Positions 47,601 to 61,789 of a DNA stretch of 64,000 bases are shown here, piece by piece. This DNA is from Mobula hypostoma (Eukaryota), in the NCBI RefSeq assembly GCF_963921235.1, contig NW_026948113.1, forward strand, positions 248,001 through 312,000. The letters run 5' to 3'. The notes below the pieces were generated by a model. It made no database searches. It was given only the letters and a program-made list of their open reading frames with translations, and was not told the DNA's origin. Made by a program: the position numbers and the translations under genes. How positions within the stretch are numbered: position 1 is the stretch's first letter; each line of letters opens with the position of its first letter.

Positions 47601-50600
47601 TTTTTATATACACACTCCGCAACAAATGGCGAGGTACTCTTCAGCAACACCCAGAGCGAGGCGAAAGAGTGATCCTGAGTCAGTCTGAGAAGAGCACAGT
47701 GGACAGCGGACAACAATTCCACGACGCCCGACACATGCAGCAACAGCAACCATTGCGATTCCAGGATCAGCCTCAATAGCCACAGCCGACGCTGCTCGAC
47801 AAACCGGTGAGTACCAGAGGCGCAGTACCTACGGTCAACCACGACCGACGGAGGCCACACGTACATACTTAGTGTATGTATATGTATATAAAAATAGTTA
47901 AATAAGTAATATTATTTACATATTATGCATTGCATTGTGCTGCTGCCGCAAAGTTAACAAATTTCGTATGAATTGAATTGACTTTATTACTTACATCCTT
48001 CACATACATAAGGAGTAAAAATCTTTGCGTTATGTCTCCATCTAAATGTGCAATGTGAGATTTATAGTAATTTATATTAAATAGTGTGTACAACAGGACA
48101 GTCAATATAACATAGAAATACAACTGTATCAGCATGAATTATTCAGTCTGATGGCCTGGTGGAAGAAGCTGTCCTGGAGCCTGTTGGTCCTGGCTTTTAT
48201 GCTGCGGTACCGTTTCCCAGATAGTGCCAATGACACTAAAACCTAATTCTGATTAGCTTTGCACTGACAAATCTCCTTTAGGATCAGGAGCAGTGACATA
48301 TCTCATGACGCAAACACGAGGAAATCTGCAGATGCTGGAATTTCAAGCAACACACAAAAAATGCTGGTGGTATGCAGCAGGCCAGGCAGCATCTATAGGA
48401 AGAGGTACAGTCTTCGTCAGGATTTGTTTTTATTTTGGGGCAGCAGTGCATAAAAATATACGTTACCAATATTAAATGAATAAATAAATAAATAATACAA
48501 AAGAGGGATAGTGAGGTGGTGTTAATCAGTTCATGAACAATTCGGAAATCTGATGGCAGAGAGGAAAAGACTATTCCTTTAGGGAGGAACAGGGCATCAG
48601 GAATCCCTGCGACTGATAAAGGGCTAAGGGGAGGGCAGTTAATTAGTACTGGATTCATTGAAGGTGATAGGGGCGAGATTAACTTTGGATTGATACCAGA
48701 TCATGGGGAAAGAGCAGAGCAGTGTTTTGAGCAGACAGAAAGTGGGATAGTATCAAATGGATAGAGGATGAAGAGAAGAGGATGAAATAGTTTTGGATTT
48801 ATAGATGGAGAGAGAAAAGCGTTGGAATGCATTTTGGATCAGTACTGTGCAATGGGAGGGGAGCTGGGCAATGGGGTGAGTTCAGGAGAGCTCTTATCTC
48901 CCATGAGGAACTTAAAGCCGCAGATTTTCCAAGCAGAAATTGCACTCCTACCAAATGAGCTGGCAGTGGGAGCAATCCCAAGATATGTAGTCTCCAGAAT
49001 TCTCACCGGTTCATTATATTTAGGAATTTAGGGAGCTGGGAAAGAGATTAAAGTGCAGGATCTCAGGATTATTACCAATGTGAATGAGTTCAGAAATAAA
49101 AGGATGGGGCCGATAAATGCATGACAAAAGATAGAAAGAGAAGGAGGGCTTAAGGTATCTGTCATTCGCTGTAGCGGATGATTTAGAATCATTATAAGTC
49201 AGGGAAACATTGGTCCAAGGTGTCCATGCGGACCAAGTTGCCAACTTGCATTGGCCCCATTTGGCCCACAACTCTCTAAACCTTTCCTATCCAAGTACTT
49301 GTCCAAATGTCTTTTAAACATTGTAATTGTAATTGCTGAGAGGAATTTAAACTCTGGCTGATAGCCTGTAGCTTTAAGTTCTACATGGGAGACTAGTGCA
49401 TTGGATTCGCGGCTGACCCTCCAGTCTAGCATGTGAGGGACCTACACTGCGGGCAAATCATTAAAGGAAGATGCAGTCACTTTAATGCCCAAAGGTCAAT
49501 TTAAGTCAGAGGTCTTGGAGTGACACTAATTTATTGCAATCACTTCTGCAGCATGGGAGTGGTATTTCTTCAGACCTCAAGCAAGTTTGGGTCTTGGTAC
49601 TGATATTAGCAATGCTATACCTTAGCCTTACGTGGGGATGGAAGCTTAAAGAGAATTCAGGGAGAAACTAAACAAAGCAGGAAGTGGAAAACTAGATAAA
49701 TAATAATTAGTCATTGGAACCAAAGTCATGCAACAAATGGAGTCAAAGTACAGTAAAAAGTTTAAGAAGCAAAGCAAAAACTGCTCCATCTAAATGCTCA
49801 CAGTATTGGCAACAAAGTAAGTGAGAAAATGATACAAAATAAAAATGAGTATTATCTCAGTGCCAGTACAGAAGAATGGCTGCATTGTGACTAAATGCTC
49901 AAAGATGTACAATCTTTGGAGGGAGAAGATAAGTGAAATTCTTGGTGTTGTATTATCAGTAAGGAAAGAGGTCAGCACACTGGTGAGAAATTATCTCACA
50001 AACAAGAGAAAATGTGCAGATGCTGGAAATTATCTTGTTTGGATGGATCATGATCTTGAATTAAAATCATTTCATGCTAAGTTAATAGCAATGGGCAGAA
50101 ACATTGGTAGGAGTTCCTCTTGGGTAACCAAATAGTGGTCATAAACGTAACACTGATCGTGACAAATTCAGTGGATGAAAAAAGGTAAGATAACGATGGG
50201 AAAATTTTGTCTACTAATACACAGGATTAGCAGTAAGGGGGAACTCATGGAATGCACATGAGGTTGTTTTCCAATTTAACGTATGGACAAACCACTAGGG
50301 TAAAAGTTATTTTAGATCTTCCTTTTTTGTTTGCATTGAAAGGGGTTAATTGATCATTTTGTTGTTAGGGTCTGTGGTAAATAGTGATAATAACATGATC
50401 GGATGTAGTTTAACCTGACTCAGTTCTTACATCTTAACAGATGAATGGATGAATGAGAGGACACTGAGATGTGGCTAATTGGGAAAATACGCTTAAGGAA
50501 ACGATGATGGGCTTGCACTTATGAGATAATATATCATTTGCAAAAATATCATCAATGACCAAAATATGCTTAGTCTTGATGAGAGAATTTAGAATTTAAT

Positions 50601-50639
50601 TGAAGACAGAGGCTTATAAAGTTGCCTGAAATAGTACTA

Positions 50640-52830
50640 TGCTTGAGATCCGGGACAAGAAGGCACAGCCTCAGGATAGAGGGGCATCCATTTAAAACAG
50701 AGATGCGGAGACATTTTTTTCAGCCAGAGGACGGTGTGTTCGTGGATTTTATTACTACAGATAGCTGTGGAGGCCAGGTGGTTGGGTGTATTTAAGGCAG
50801 AGCTTGATAGGTTCTTGATTGGACATGGCATCAAAGGTTACAGGGTGAAGGCCGGGGAGGGGAGCTGAGAAAGGGGAAGAAAGGATTAGCTATGATTGAA
50901 TGGCAGAGCAGACTCAATTAACCAAATAGCCGAATTTTGCTCCTGTGGCTTATGGTCTTATGGTCTAACTCTGACTTTTTACTTTTTTCCCCCAATTAGA
51001 ATATAGTCTAGATCTTTATTCCTTCTACCAAAGTGCTTGATCATACACGTCCCTACACTATATTCCATCTGCCACTTTTTTTGCTCATTCTCCTAATCTG
51101 CCTTAGTCCTTCTGCAGACTCTCTGTTTCTTCAACACTACCTGCCCTCCAACTATCTTTATATTGTTTGCAAACTTGACCAGAAAGCCATCAATTCTGCA
51201 TCCAAATCGTAAAAAGAAGCAGCCCCAACATCGACCCCTGCAGAGCGCTATTGTTCACCGGCAGCCAACCAGATTAGGCCCCCTTTAGGCCCCCTTTATT
51301 CCTTCTCTTTGCTTCCTGCCAAGCAAGGAATTTTCTGTCAATGGAAGTACCTTTCCTGTAATACCATGGGCTCTTATTTTGTTAAACGATCTCACGTGTG
51401 AGGCCTTGTCAAAGGCCTTCTGAAAATCCAAGTAAACAACATCCTGTTTGTTATTTCCTCAAATAATTCCATCAAAATTGTCAGGCAAGATTTCCCCTTA
51501 AGGAAACTATGCTGACTTTGGCCTATTTTATTGCATGCCTCTGAGCACTCTGAAACCTCATCTTTAATAATGGTGTCCAAAATTTTCCAAACCACTGACA
51601 TCTGGCTAACTAGCCTATGGTTTCCCTTCTTCTGCCTCCCTTCCTTCTTAATGAGTGCTTGCAATTTTTCGGCCCCCCAGAACCTCTCCAAAATATAGTA
51701 ATTCTTGAAGGACCACTGCTAATGTCACCACAATCTCTTCAGCCAGCTCTTTCTGAACCCTGAGGTGTATTCCATCTGGTCCAGGTGACTTACTACCTTC
51801 AGACCTTTCAGCTTCCGAAGCACATTCTCATTAATAATTGCAACTACACTCAATTCTGCCCTTTGACACTCCTGAATTTTTGGCATACTGCTAGTGTCTT
51901 CCACCATGAAGAATGATACAAAATACTTATTAAGTTCATCAGCCATTTCTTTGTCCCCCATTACTACTTCTCCAGCACCTTTTCCTGGCGTCTGATATAC
52001 ACCAAAGTCTCTCTTTTGCTCTTTTTGTATCTGAAAAAAGTTTTGGCATCCTCTTTGATTTTATTGGCTAGCTTACCTTCGTATTTCATCTCTCCTCTCT
52101 TTATTGCTTTTTAATTGCCTTCTGTTGGCTTTTAAAAGCTTCCCAATCTTCTAACCTCCCATTAATTTTTACTATATCATATGCCCCTTCTTTTCCTTTT
52201 ATGCTGTTGTACGTTTCCTTGTCAGTCACAGTTGCCTCATCCTCCCTTTAGAATACTTCTTCATCTTTGGGATACATCTATCCTGCACCATCTGAATTGC
52301 TGCCAGAAACTCCAGCCACTGCTGTTCTGTCATCATCCCTGCCTGTGTCCCCTTCCAATCAACTTTTGCCAGCTCCGCTCTCGTGCCTCTGTAATTCCCT
52401 TTATTCCATTATAACACAAACGCATTTGATTTTATCTTCTCCCTCTCAAACTGTAGGGTGAATTCTATCAGATTATGATCACTGCCTCCTCAGTATTCAT
52501 TTACCTTAAACTCTCCAATCAAATATGGCACATTACCCAATCCAGAATTGCCTTTCCCCTAGTGGATGCAACCAGAAGCTGCTCTAAAAAGTCATCTTGT
52601 AGGCACTCTACAAATTCCAGCACCAATCAGATTTTCCCAATCTACCTACATATTGAAATCCCCCATCAGTATTGTAACATTGCCCTTATCACATGCTTTT
52701 TCTATCTCCCATTGCAATTTACATCTCAGTTCCTGGCTACTGTTTTGAGGCCTTTATGTAACTCCCATTAGTATCCTTTTACCCGTGCAGTTTCTTAACT
52801 CTACCCACAAATAATCTTCATCTTTAAACC
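50640..52830. mobile_element. CR1 fragments (50640-50970 plus; 50990-52830 minus)
   Basis: CR1 3' UTR, SQHSFLKGKSCLT and MADELNKYFVSFF motifs. Confidence 0.8.
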
Positions 52831-53459
52831 TATCTCACTTGTTTCTAAGGATTTGATTTCATTTTTTACCAACAGAGCCACCCTACTTGGTGGGGTGGAA
52901 TGGCACTGCAGTGATTATCACAAAACTTTACAGTACAGGTAATTTGGGTTCAATTTACACCACTGCCTGTAAGGACTTACTGCTTTCTCCCCATGGCGAC
53001 ATGGGTTTCCTCCGGATGCTCAGTTTCCTCCCAAAGATGTACCAGTGTAAAATTGTCCCATGGTTAGGCTAGCATTAAATTGGGGGAATTGCTGGACGGC
53101 GTGACTCAAAGGGCTGGAAGAATCTACTCTGCACTGTATCTAAACAAACAAAAAAATAAATACCCCCACCCCCTCTGCCTACCTGCCTGTCCTTTTGATA
53201 CAATGTGTATCCTTGGATGTTAAGCTCCTAACTATGATCTTACATCAGCCATGAGTCAGTGATGCCCACAACATCATACATACCAATCTATAATTGCACT
53301 AGAAGATCATCTACCTGAAGTCCCATATTCAACTCCTTTTTGATTTTGCCCCCATGTTACACTTCAACTCATCCCACATATTACAATTTTATCCTATCAT
53401 CTGCCTGTCCTTCCTCGCAGTATCAAAATTCAATGTTCAAAGTAAATCAATGGCGCGTA

Positions 53460-55147
53460 CAGTGGTGCTAGGAAGTTTGTGAACCCTGTAGAATTTTCTC
53501 TATTTCTGCATAAATATGACCTAAAATGTGATCAGATCTTCAAGCAAGTCCTAAAACTAGATAAAGAGAAAACAATTAAATAAATAAAACAACAATATTA
53601 TACTTGTTCATTACATGTAGTTGTTGTGAAAAGTATGTGACTCTTTGCTTTCAGTAACTGGTGTGACCCCCTTATACAGCAATAACTTCAAATAAGCACT
53701 TCCGGTAACTGTTGATCAGTCCTGTACATCTGCTTGGAGAAATTTTAGGCCCATTCCTCCTTACAAAACTACTCTAACTCTGGGATATTGGTGGGCTTCC
53801 TTGCAGGAACTGCTTGCTTCGGGTCCTTCCACTACATTTCTATAGGATTAAGGTCAAGTCCTTGTTTCAGTCATTCCAAGGAACTAATTTACTTCTTTTT
53901 AAACCATTCTGTTGTTGATTTACTCTTGTCTTTCAGATCATTGTCTTGTTGCATTATCCAACTTCTATTAAGCTTCAGGCAATGAACTGCTATCCTAACG
54001 TCCTCCTGTAAAATTTCTTCATACAATTTTGAATTCATTGTTCCCCCAACGATTGAAAGCTATCAATGCCCTGAGTCAGCAAAGCAGCCCTAAACCATGA
54101 TGCTCCTTCCACTTTGTGTCACAGTTGGGATGAGGTTTTGGTGTTGGTGTGTGATGTCCTTTTCCTCCCAAATATAGCAATGTGTATTTCTGCAAGAAGT
54201 TCAACTTTTGTCTCATCTGTTCACAGAACATTGTCCCAGAAGCATTGTGGAACATCCATGTGGTCTTTTGCAATCTTGAGACTTGCAGCAATTTTTTTTT
54301 GGAGAGCAGTGGTTTCCACCCTGGTGTCATTCCATTGACATCTTTCTTGTTCAGCGTTTTTCCTGTAGTGGGCACATTAACAGAAACTTTAGCAAGTTCT
54401 AGAGATTTCTGCAGGTTTTTTGTTATTACCCTTGGGGTAATATTCACAGTAAGTAAAAGAAACACAATGGAATCAATGAAAGATCACCCCCAACAGAATG
54501 GAGAAACAATTAATCTGCAAAAGACAATTAACAAAATATAAAAAGAGAAGAAAATAATAATAAAATTGCAAGCTGTGTTCCTGGTGTGATCTCTGCAGGA
54601 TGCCCACTCCTAGGGGAAGTTGTAACAGTACTGAACTTCCTCCATTTGTAGTCAATTTCTCTAACTATGGACTGATGAATACTCAGGTCTTGAGAAATGC
54701 TTGTGTAGCCTTTTCCAGCTTCATGCATCTCCACAATCCTTCTCAGGTCCTCTGAAAGGTGTTTTCATCAAGGCACAGTGCACATAAACAGATCCTTCTT
54801 GAGAAGGGCAGGCTCTGTCCGTAACCTTACGTTGTGTGTCTTTTTTTTAATCGGACAGGGCGTCTCAACAACCCACACTTCCAATCTCATCTCATTGACT
54901 GGAACACCCGATTCCAAATAGCTTTTGTAGAAGGCATTACCCCAGAGGTTCACATATTTTTTCCAACAAATACATGTAATATTGGATCATTATTCTCAAT
55001 AAATAAATGAACAAGTACAATGCTTTTGTGTTACTTATTTAGCTGGGTTCTTTTTAGGACTTTTAGGAAAATCTGATCACATTTTAGTCATATTTATGCA
55101 GAAATAGAGAAAATTCTACAGGGTTCACAAACTTTCGAGTACCACTG
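53460..55147 (-). mobile_element. Tc1 DNA transposon with long TIRs and a decayed transposase
   Basis: TA-flanked CAGTGGTGCTAGGAAGTTTGTGAACCC / CAGTGGTACTCGAAAGTTTGTGAACCC, with inverted similarity over more than 100 bp. HEAGKGYTSIS...RSGHP paired-like HTH and WNNVLWTDETK DDE remnants. Confidence 0.92.
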
Positions 55148-55149
55148 TA

Positions 55150-58040
55150 TATGTCACGGTATACAACCCTGAGATTGATTTTCTTGTGGTATTCACAGTA
55201 AGTAAAAGAAACACAATGGAATCAATGAAAGATCACCCCCAACAGAATGGAGAAACAATCAATCTGCAAAAGACCATTAACAAAATATAAAAAGAGAAGA
55301 AAATAATAATAAATAAATAAGCAATAAATCTTGAGAACATGAGATGAAGAGTCCTTGAAAATGAATACAGTTCAGTTGAGGCAAGTAAGGTTGAATGAAG
55401 TGATCCCCTCTGGTTCAAGAGCCTGACGTTTGCAGGGTAACTGTTCCTGAACCTGGTGGTTTGGATCCTGGGACTCCTGTATCTTCTACCCGATGGCAGC
55501 AGCAAGAAGAGAGCATGACCTGGATGTTGGGGGTCACCGATGTTGGATGCTGCTTTTCTGCACCAGTACTCCATGTAGGTTGCTCAGCGGTAGAGAGGGC
55601 TTTACATGTGAAGGACCAGGCCATATCCAGTACTTTCTGTAGGCTTCTCCATTCAACAGCATTGGTGTTTTCATACCAGTCCGTGATGACATGCACCCTG
55701 AAGTACGTATCTTCACTCTCCAGACAACGTACTCTTCAACACATATGTATAGAAGTTTGTCAAAGTTTTAGATGACATACTGAAACTTCACAAGCTCCTA
55801 AAACGGTAGAGGCACTGCCATGCTTTTTTCATGACACTTACGTGCTGGGCTCAGGACAGATTGACTGAAAGGATAACACCGAGGAATTTAAAGTTGGTGA
55901 CCCTCTCAACCTCTGACCTGATCCCCCAAAGAGGAATGACCTACAGTGAGAGTTTGTTATGGAGATCCAAAACAATCACCTTCCTATATGCTGATTCCTT
56001 ATCACCTTTCAGTCAACCAATGACAGTGGTATTGTCACCAAATTTAAACATGGCATTGGAGCTGTGCTTAGTGTCACAGTCATAAGAACAAGGCAAACAG
56101 AGCAGGGGGATAAGCACACAAGCCCTGAGGTGCACCTGTGCTGATGGAGATAGTGGAGGCGATGTTGTTGGCAACCCAAACTGACTGGGATCTGCAAGTG
56201 AGGAAATTGAGCATCTGGTAGCTCAAGAGCTATTGAGGCTAACATCTTGATTATTGATTAGTTCTGATGGGATGTTGTCAATGACAAGCATCCTGATGTA
56301 TGCACCTTCACTGTACAGGTGTTCCAGAGATGAGTGAATATCCAATGAAATGGTATTTGCTGTTGACCTGTTGTGATCGTAGGAAAGTTGGAGCACATCT
56401 AAATCGCTTCTCAGGCAGGAATTGATATAATTCATCACCAAACTCTCAAAGCTCTTTATCTCAGTGGACATAAAAGTAACTGGATGTTAATCATTGAGGC
56501 AGATTATCACATTCTCCTTAGGCACCTGTATAATTGAAGTCTGCTTGATGCAGAACTGTACTTCATACTTCCGAAGTGAGAGGTTAAAGATATCGGTGAA
56601 TGCTGCAGCCAGTTGATCAACACAGGTCTTTGGTACTCGGCCAGGTATCCTATCTGGGCAGGATGCTTTCTGTGGGTTCTCCCTCCATGTGTTCACTTGC
56701 CTATAAATACTGATGAGACCCAAAGCCAAATAACTCCAGAAAAAACTGGAATTCAAAGTAACCCTTTATTCAGTAAAACTACATCAAACTCAAACACATT
56801 CCCCAGCATGACTATTTAAATGGTTTATTCCAGAACAATTGAGTCTTTGATTGGGACAATGACTAATCAGTAAAATTCAGCCTGGGATTGGTTTCAGCTG
56901 ACCACTTGGTGCTGATGGTTTTGGCTTGCCATAACAACCCTCATGAAGGAAGCTCTCATGATGTCCTCAGAAACTGAAATCACAGGGTCTTCAAGGGCTG
57001 TTGGAGTCTGTGGAGGTGCCTCCATGTTTTTGACAGTCAAAGCTAGCATTAAAGACGTGCTCATCTGGGGGTGAAGCTTTATTGCCACCTATGTCATTTG
57101 GTTTCACTTTGTAGGAGTTGATAGCATTCAAGTCCCAGCACAGTTGTTGAGCATCCTTCGGTGATTCAAATTTGGTCTGGAATTGCCACTTTGTATGTGA
57201 GATGGCTTTCTGGATATTGCATCTGAATCTCTTGTATTTACTTGGGCCAGACCTGAAAGCTACTGATCTGGCCCTCAGCATTTTGTGGATCTCATGATTC
57301 ATCCATGGCATCTGATTGGAGAGGGCTCTGAATGATATTCTAAGGATACACTCATCAACAACTGTTTTTATAAAGTCCGTGATCACCATTGCATATAGGT
57401 TCAGATCCTCTGGTCCTTCAGGTTCTTGAACGTGGCCCAGACCACCAACTCAAAGGAATCCCATAGCCACTCCTCTGCCCCCTGTGACCACCTCTTTGTA
57501 TGCAAGTAAGAGGAGGACAGCCATTGGTAGGCAGTCCTAATTATAGTATGTCAGTGGTTAAGTGTTTTAGGAACCCTGGTGCTGCAGCTGAAATGTTCAT
57601 GATAATTGGGAAGAGATTTCTTCAAGCAAGCTTGACTGAAATACTTAACAATGATTTGAAAGGTGTCAGGGTAGTTTGTTTCTTGTTTGCTGATGATGGC
57701 ACTCCATACATTGACAGCCTACTTAACATCAGCCTTTGATGGCTTGTAAACTGCAGTCAGGATCACGGAGGAGAACTCTCTTGGTAGGTAGAATGGTTGG
57801 CACTTAATCATAAGATGCTTCAGGGTGGGGGAACAAGAGTGCAACAAGACCGCTATATCCGAGCACCACAAAGGGTTTATCACGAAATACAGACTTCCAT
57901 TTTTTGCTTTCTCTGAATCAGCAGTCTGTTCCATCCTGTGTATTGAGAAGGCTTGGAGCCTTAGCGACAAATCCAGCATGTCTGGAATGAGCCATGTCTC
58001 TGTGAAACAGAGAATGCAGCAGATCCTCATTTCACTCTGA
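55150..58040 (-). mobile_element. Long Rex1/Babar LINE (APE endonuclease, RT, 3' UTR), degenerate
   Basis: CFTETWL...SVILTAVY endonuclease; NQMPWMN linker; PDRIPGRV...FTDIFNLSL RT start; GHALFLLLPSGRRYRS C-terminus. Confidence 0.88.
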
Positions 58041-58042
58041 TA

Positions 58043-58686
58043 CAATCAGCGGGAGGAGAGAGAAGCAGCACGCCATGCGTGCGCAGCCCTCCGGTGAAAA
58101 ATAATATCATATGCATTAAATAGGGGCCGTGGACAATTCTGATTTGATGGAGATGGACGTGAAAGCACAGAGGAACATCTGGAAAAATTTCTGAAACGCT
58201 TGTTCGCTGCTGTCGTTACTGCACGGTCGGGAATCTTTCGGAGGGAAGGCCTCAAAATCCCTGGCTTTGCCTGCAGTTGGCGACCGAGATGGAGGTCAAA
58301 TCGTTCGGACAGAGATGGCGCTCAGTACTCAGTGTCGGAGAGTTGATCAGAGCTCGAAGTTTTTGGAATTCTCAGAGTTGGACCGTGGTCGGGTATGGCA
58401 AGGAGAGGTTTTCTTCTTTCTCCCGTCTGCATGAGATGTGGGACATTTGAGAGACTTTGAATTTTAACTGTGCTCATGGACTTCTTACTCAAGTTATGGT
58501 ATTGTTACACTGTTGTAACTATATGTTATAATTATGTGGTTTTGTTAGTTTTTCTTCAGTCTTGGTCTGTCCTGTGTTTTGTGATATCACACCGGAGGAA
58601 ATATTGTATCATTTCTTAATGCATGTATTACTAAATGACGATAAAAGAGGACTGTGTGTCTTCATAATCTAATCTAATCTAATCTA
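58043..58686 (+). mobile_element. CpG-rich non-autonomous retroelement with (AATCT)n tail
   Basis: GC-rich head, AT-rich 3' region, then ataaaag and an (aatct)4 tail at 58666-58686. Confidence 0.55.
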
Positions 58687-60529
58687 CAACAATTATGCTC
58701 TTAGGTCCTCAATCTTGTTCTCCAGCAACAGTACATTTGCTAACACAATGCTGGGTAGAGGAAGTGTCATACCACTTCATTTGACTCTGTTTTGCAGTCC
58801 TCCCCCCCTCCCTCCCTTTTGGCGTAGTGATGTACCTTCATCTGCTTAGTGTACCTGAAAGTTAAGTCCTCTGAGTCTTTCAGAAGATTGTGAAATCACT
58901 AATTTGTTATGACGGTTTAAAACCATATTATTTAAAGGGAAATTACAGGCTGCAGATTGCAATGAGAGTTATTCAAAAGAACTATATTTAGGAGTTTTAT
59001 AAACTGCCCACAGCTCATCACCATGGTTCACCAGCATCATCTTGCTGAAGCTATGCATTGACACAATGCATCAACTTGCATTCCAACTGCACCATCCATC
59101 CAGTTCTCTTCCCCTTCCAAAATTGGCTTAAACCTGACATAACATTCTAGCAAACTTGTTTGGTTTAAACCCGACATAACATTCTAGCAAACCTGTCCAC
59201 AAGAGTATTGGTTCCTCTTGGGTTCAGATGTAACCTGTCAATTTTTTACAGATAATGCCTTCCCCAGAAGAGATCCCAGTGCCCAGTGATCCAGAAATTT
59301 GAAACCCTGTCCCCAGCACCACTTCCTCAGCCACTCATTCATCTATATTATCATACTATTCCTGTCTTTACTAGTACATGGTACTGTGTGTATTCAAGCA
59401 ATTACTACCAATTACTTCAGCCTCTTTTCTAACTCCTTGTACTTTATACTTTATTGACACCAAACAATTGATACTAGAACGTACAATCATCACAGCGATA
59501 TTTGATTCTGTGCTTCCTGCTCCCTGGAGTACAAATCGATAGTAAATATTAAAAATTTAAATTATAAATCATAAATAGAAAATAGAAAATGGAAAGTAAG
59601 GCAGTGCAAAAAAAAAACCGAGAGCCAGGTCCGGATATTTTGGAGGTTACGGCCCAGATCCGGGTCAGGATCCGTTCAGCAGTCTTATCACACTATGCAG
59701 GACCTCCTTCCCCTCTCTACCTATGCCATTGTGCACCTCAGCCTCTGATTAATCACCCTTCCTCTTGAGAATCTTCTGCTCTCACCCAGGAGGCAACACA
59801 CCATCCTGGCATCTCTTTTGTGGCCATTGGATCTCCTGTCTATCATCAAGGAGATGGTTAGGTAGCCTACAATCCCACATCTTACAGGAGGAACATTCCA
59901 CTGACTTTACTACCATCCTGTCAACTCTTGTTATACCTCCAACTTCTCGGGCTTAAATTCTAGCCTGTGCCTATTCTCACTGAAGCCTGTGGAGCCAAAT
60001 CCTGGCCACTCTAACATTGTCTACTCTACCAGGGCTGCTTTGATTATACCTTGCTTCTTTCTATTGGCCCCTGCCGAGTCCCTAAGAGATTGTTATGATT
60101 GCAGCCTACTGAAAAGTTCCGAAAGGCCCCAAGCTCTTTTTAAACCACACGCTGCCTCACCAATGAAGTACATCTGCTGATGATTGTAGCCCACTGATAT
60201 TTGCATTAACCAGCAGATCCACAGGTTACCTAATAAAGTGACCACTAAGTGTATTTTGATTCTAACTTCCCCTTGTCAAATCCATTTCCACCGATGCCCA
60301 GGACATCCCACATACTCTCCACCATTTTAACAACTTTCAATTCTCTGGCCTCCACCACCTCATTTTCGACACCTTACTTCCCTTCTATTCCCAATCAGGA
60401 TGGCCCAAGAGCTCTCTGCTTTTTTTCTGAAACATAGATCCAACTAGTACCTCTTAACTAACACCCTCCTCTACCTTGTGGAACCTGAGGTTACCCTGAA
60501 CAAATTCTCTTTTGGTTCCTTCCGCTTTC

Positions 60530-60780
60530 CAGTTCAGATGAAGCATCCCAGCCTGAAACATTGACTGCTCATTTCCCACTACGGATGCTGCCTGGGTTCC
60601 TCCAAAAGGTACATCCAATCTGCTGGAGGAACACAGCAGGCCAAGCAGCATCTGTGGGAAGAAAGGTTGTTTCAGGTTGATCTATGCGAGTGTCCTGATG
60701 CAGGTTTTAGACCTGAAACCACTCCACAGCAGCTACCTGACCTGTTGTGTTCCTTTAGCATTTTCTTGTGTTGCCAAGGA
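60530..60780. mobile_element. Cluster of three Penelope-like fragments (+, -, +)
   Basis: cagttcagatgaag...gaaacattgactg; inverted tgctggaggaacacagcagg; gtcctgatgcaggttttagacctgaaac. Confidence 0.6.
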
Positions 60781-60999
60781 TTCAGGACTGTTTATTAAAC
60801 AAAAAGCAACAAGTGGGAATAAACATTGTTATTCACAAGTAGCATGGCTGTTACTAGGGGGATTCCATGGAAATCATATCAAAGATTTAGTCCAACTAAG
60901 TCTTACTACCCAGTTGCTGATACAATAACAGTCAGACTAGTGAGCTGGGAGGAGGATGTGAGAATGTATGGAAGAAGCTAAAGATGAGATGAACTGACT

Positions 61000-61620
61000 G
61001 AGAGAATAAGTGAAAATATGGCAGTTAGACTGGTGAGCCTGACATTGGTAATTATTGGAAGATACTCTGGAGGGCAGGAGATTTAGATAGACAGAGCCTG
61101 CTTAAGGCTAGTCAGCATGGGTTTGACCATGGTAGGTCATGTCTAATCAATCTTATAGCATTTATAAAGGAGGGTACCAGAAAGTTGATGAAAGTAAAGC
61201 AGTTGATGTTGTCTGAGCAGACTTTGGCAAGGCCTTTGATAAAGTTCTGCATGGGAGGCTAGTCCAGAAGGTTCAGTCACTTGCATTCATGATAAAGTAG
61301 GAAGTTGAATTCAATATTGTCTGAGCAGCAGAAGCCAGGAAGTGGCAGTAAATGGTTGTTTCTCTGATTAGAGGCCTGTACAGTTTGAGGTGCAGTAGGA
61401 ATCGGTGCTGGATCCATTGATTTTTTTGTCATCAACTGTATATCAATGATCTGGATGATGATCAAATTTGCAAATAACCAAGATTGGAGATGTAGTGGAC
61501 AGCGAGGAAAGCATCGGGATCTGGACTAGCTGGATAAAAGGGCTGAAAAATGGCAGATGGAATTTAATGTAGACAAGTTTGAAGTGTTGCACTTTTGGAG
61601 GACAAACCGAGGTAGGACAC
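61000..61620 (+). mobile_element. Degenerate CR1 RT fragment
   Basis: QHGFDHGRSCL, DFGKAFDKV and WQMEFNVDKFEVLHF remnants. Confidence 0.75.
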
Positions 61621-61789
61621 TGACAATCCACATCCTAGAGTAGAAGTGGCCCCAGAAATAGTGGAGGCATTGGTGGTCATTTTCCAAATTTCTTGCAGGT
61701 CAGAGGATGGCAAAGGTATCCCTACTATTTAAAACCAAAGGGCTGATTGACTACAAGAGGAGGAAACTGAAGGGCCGTGAGCCAGTCCT

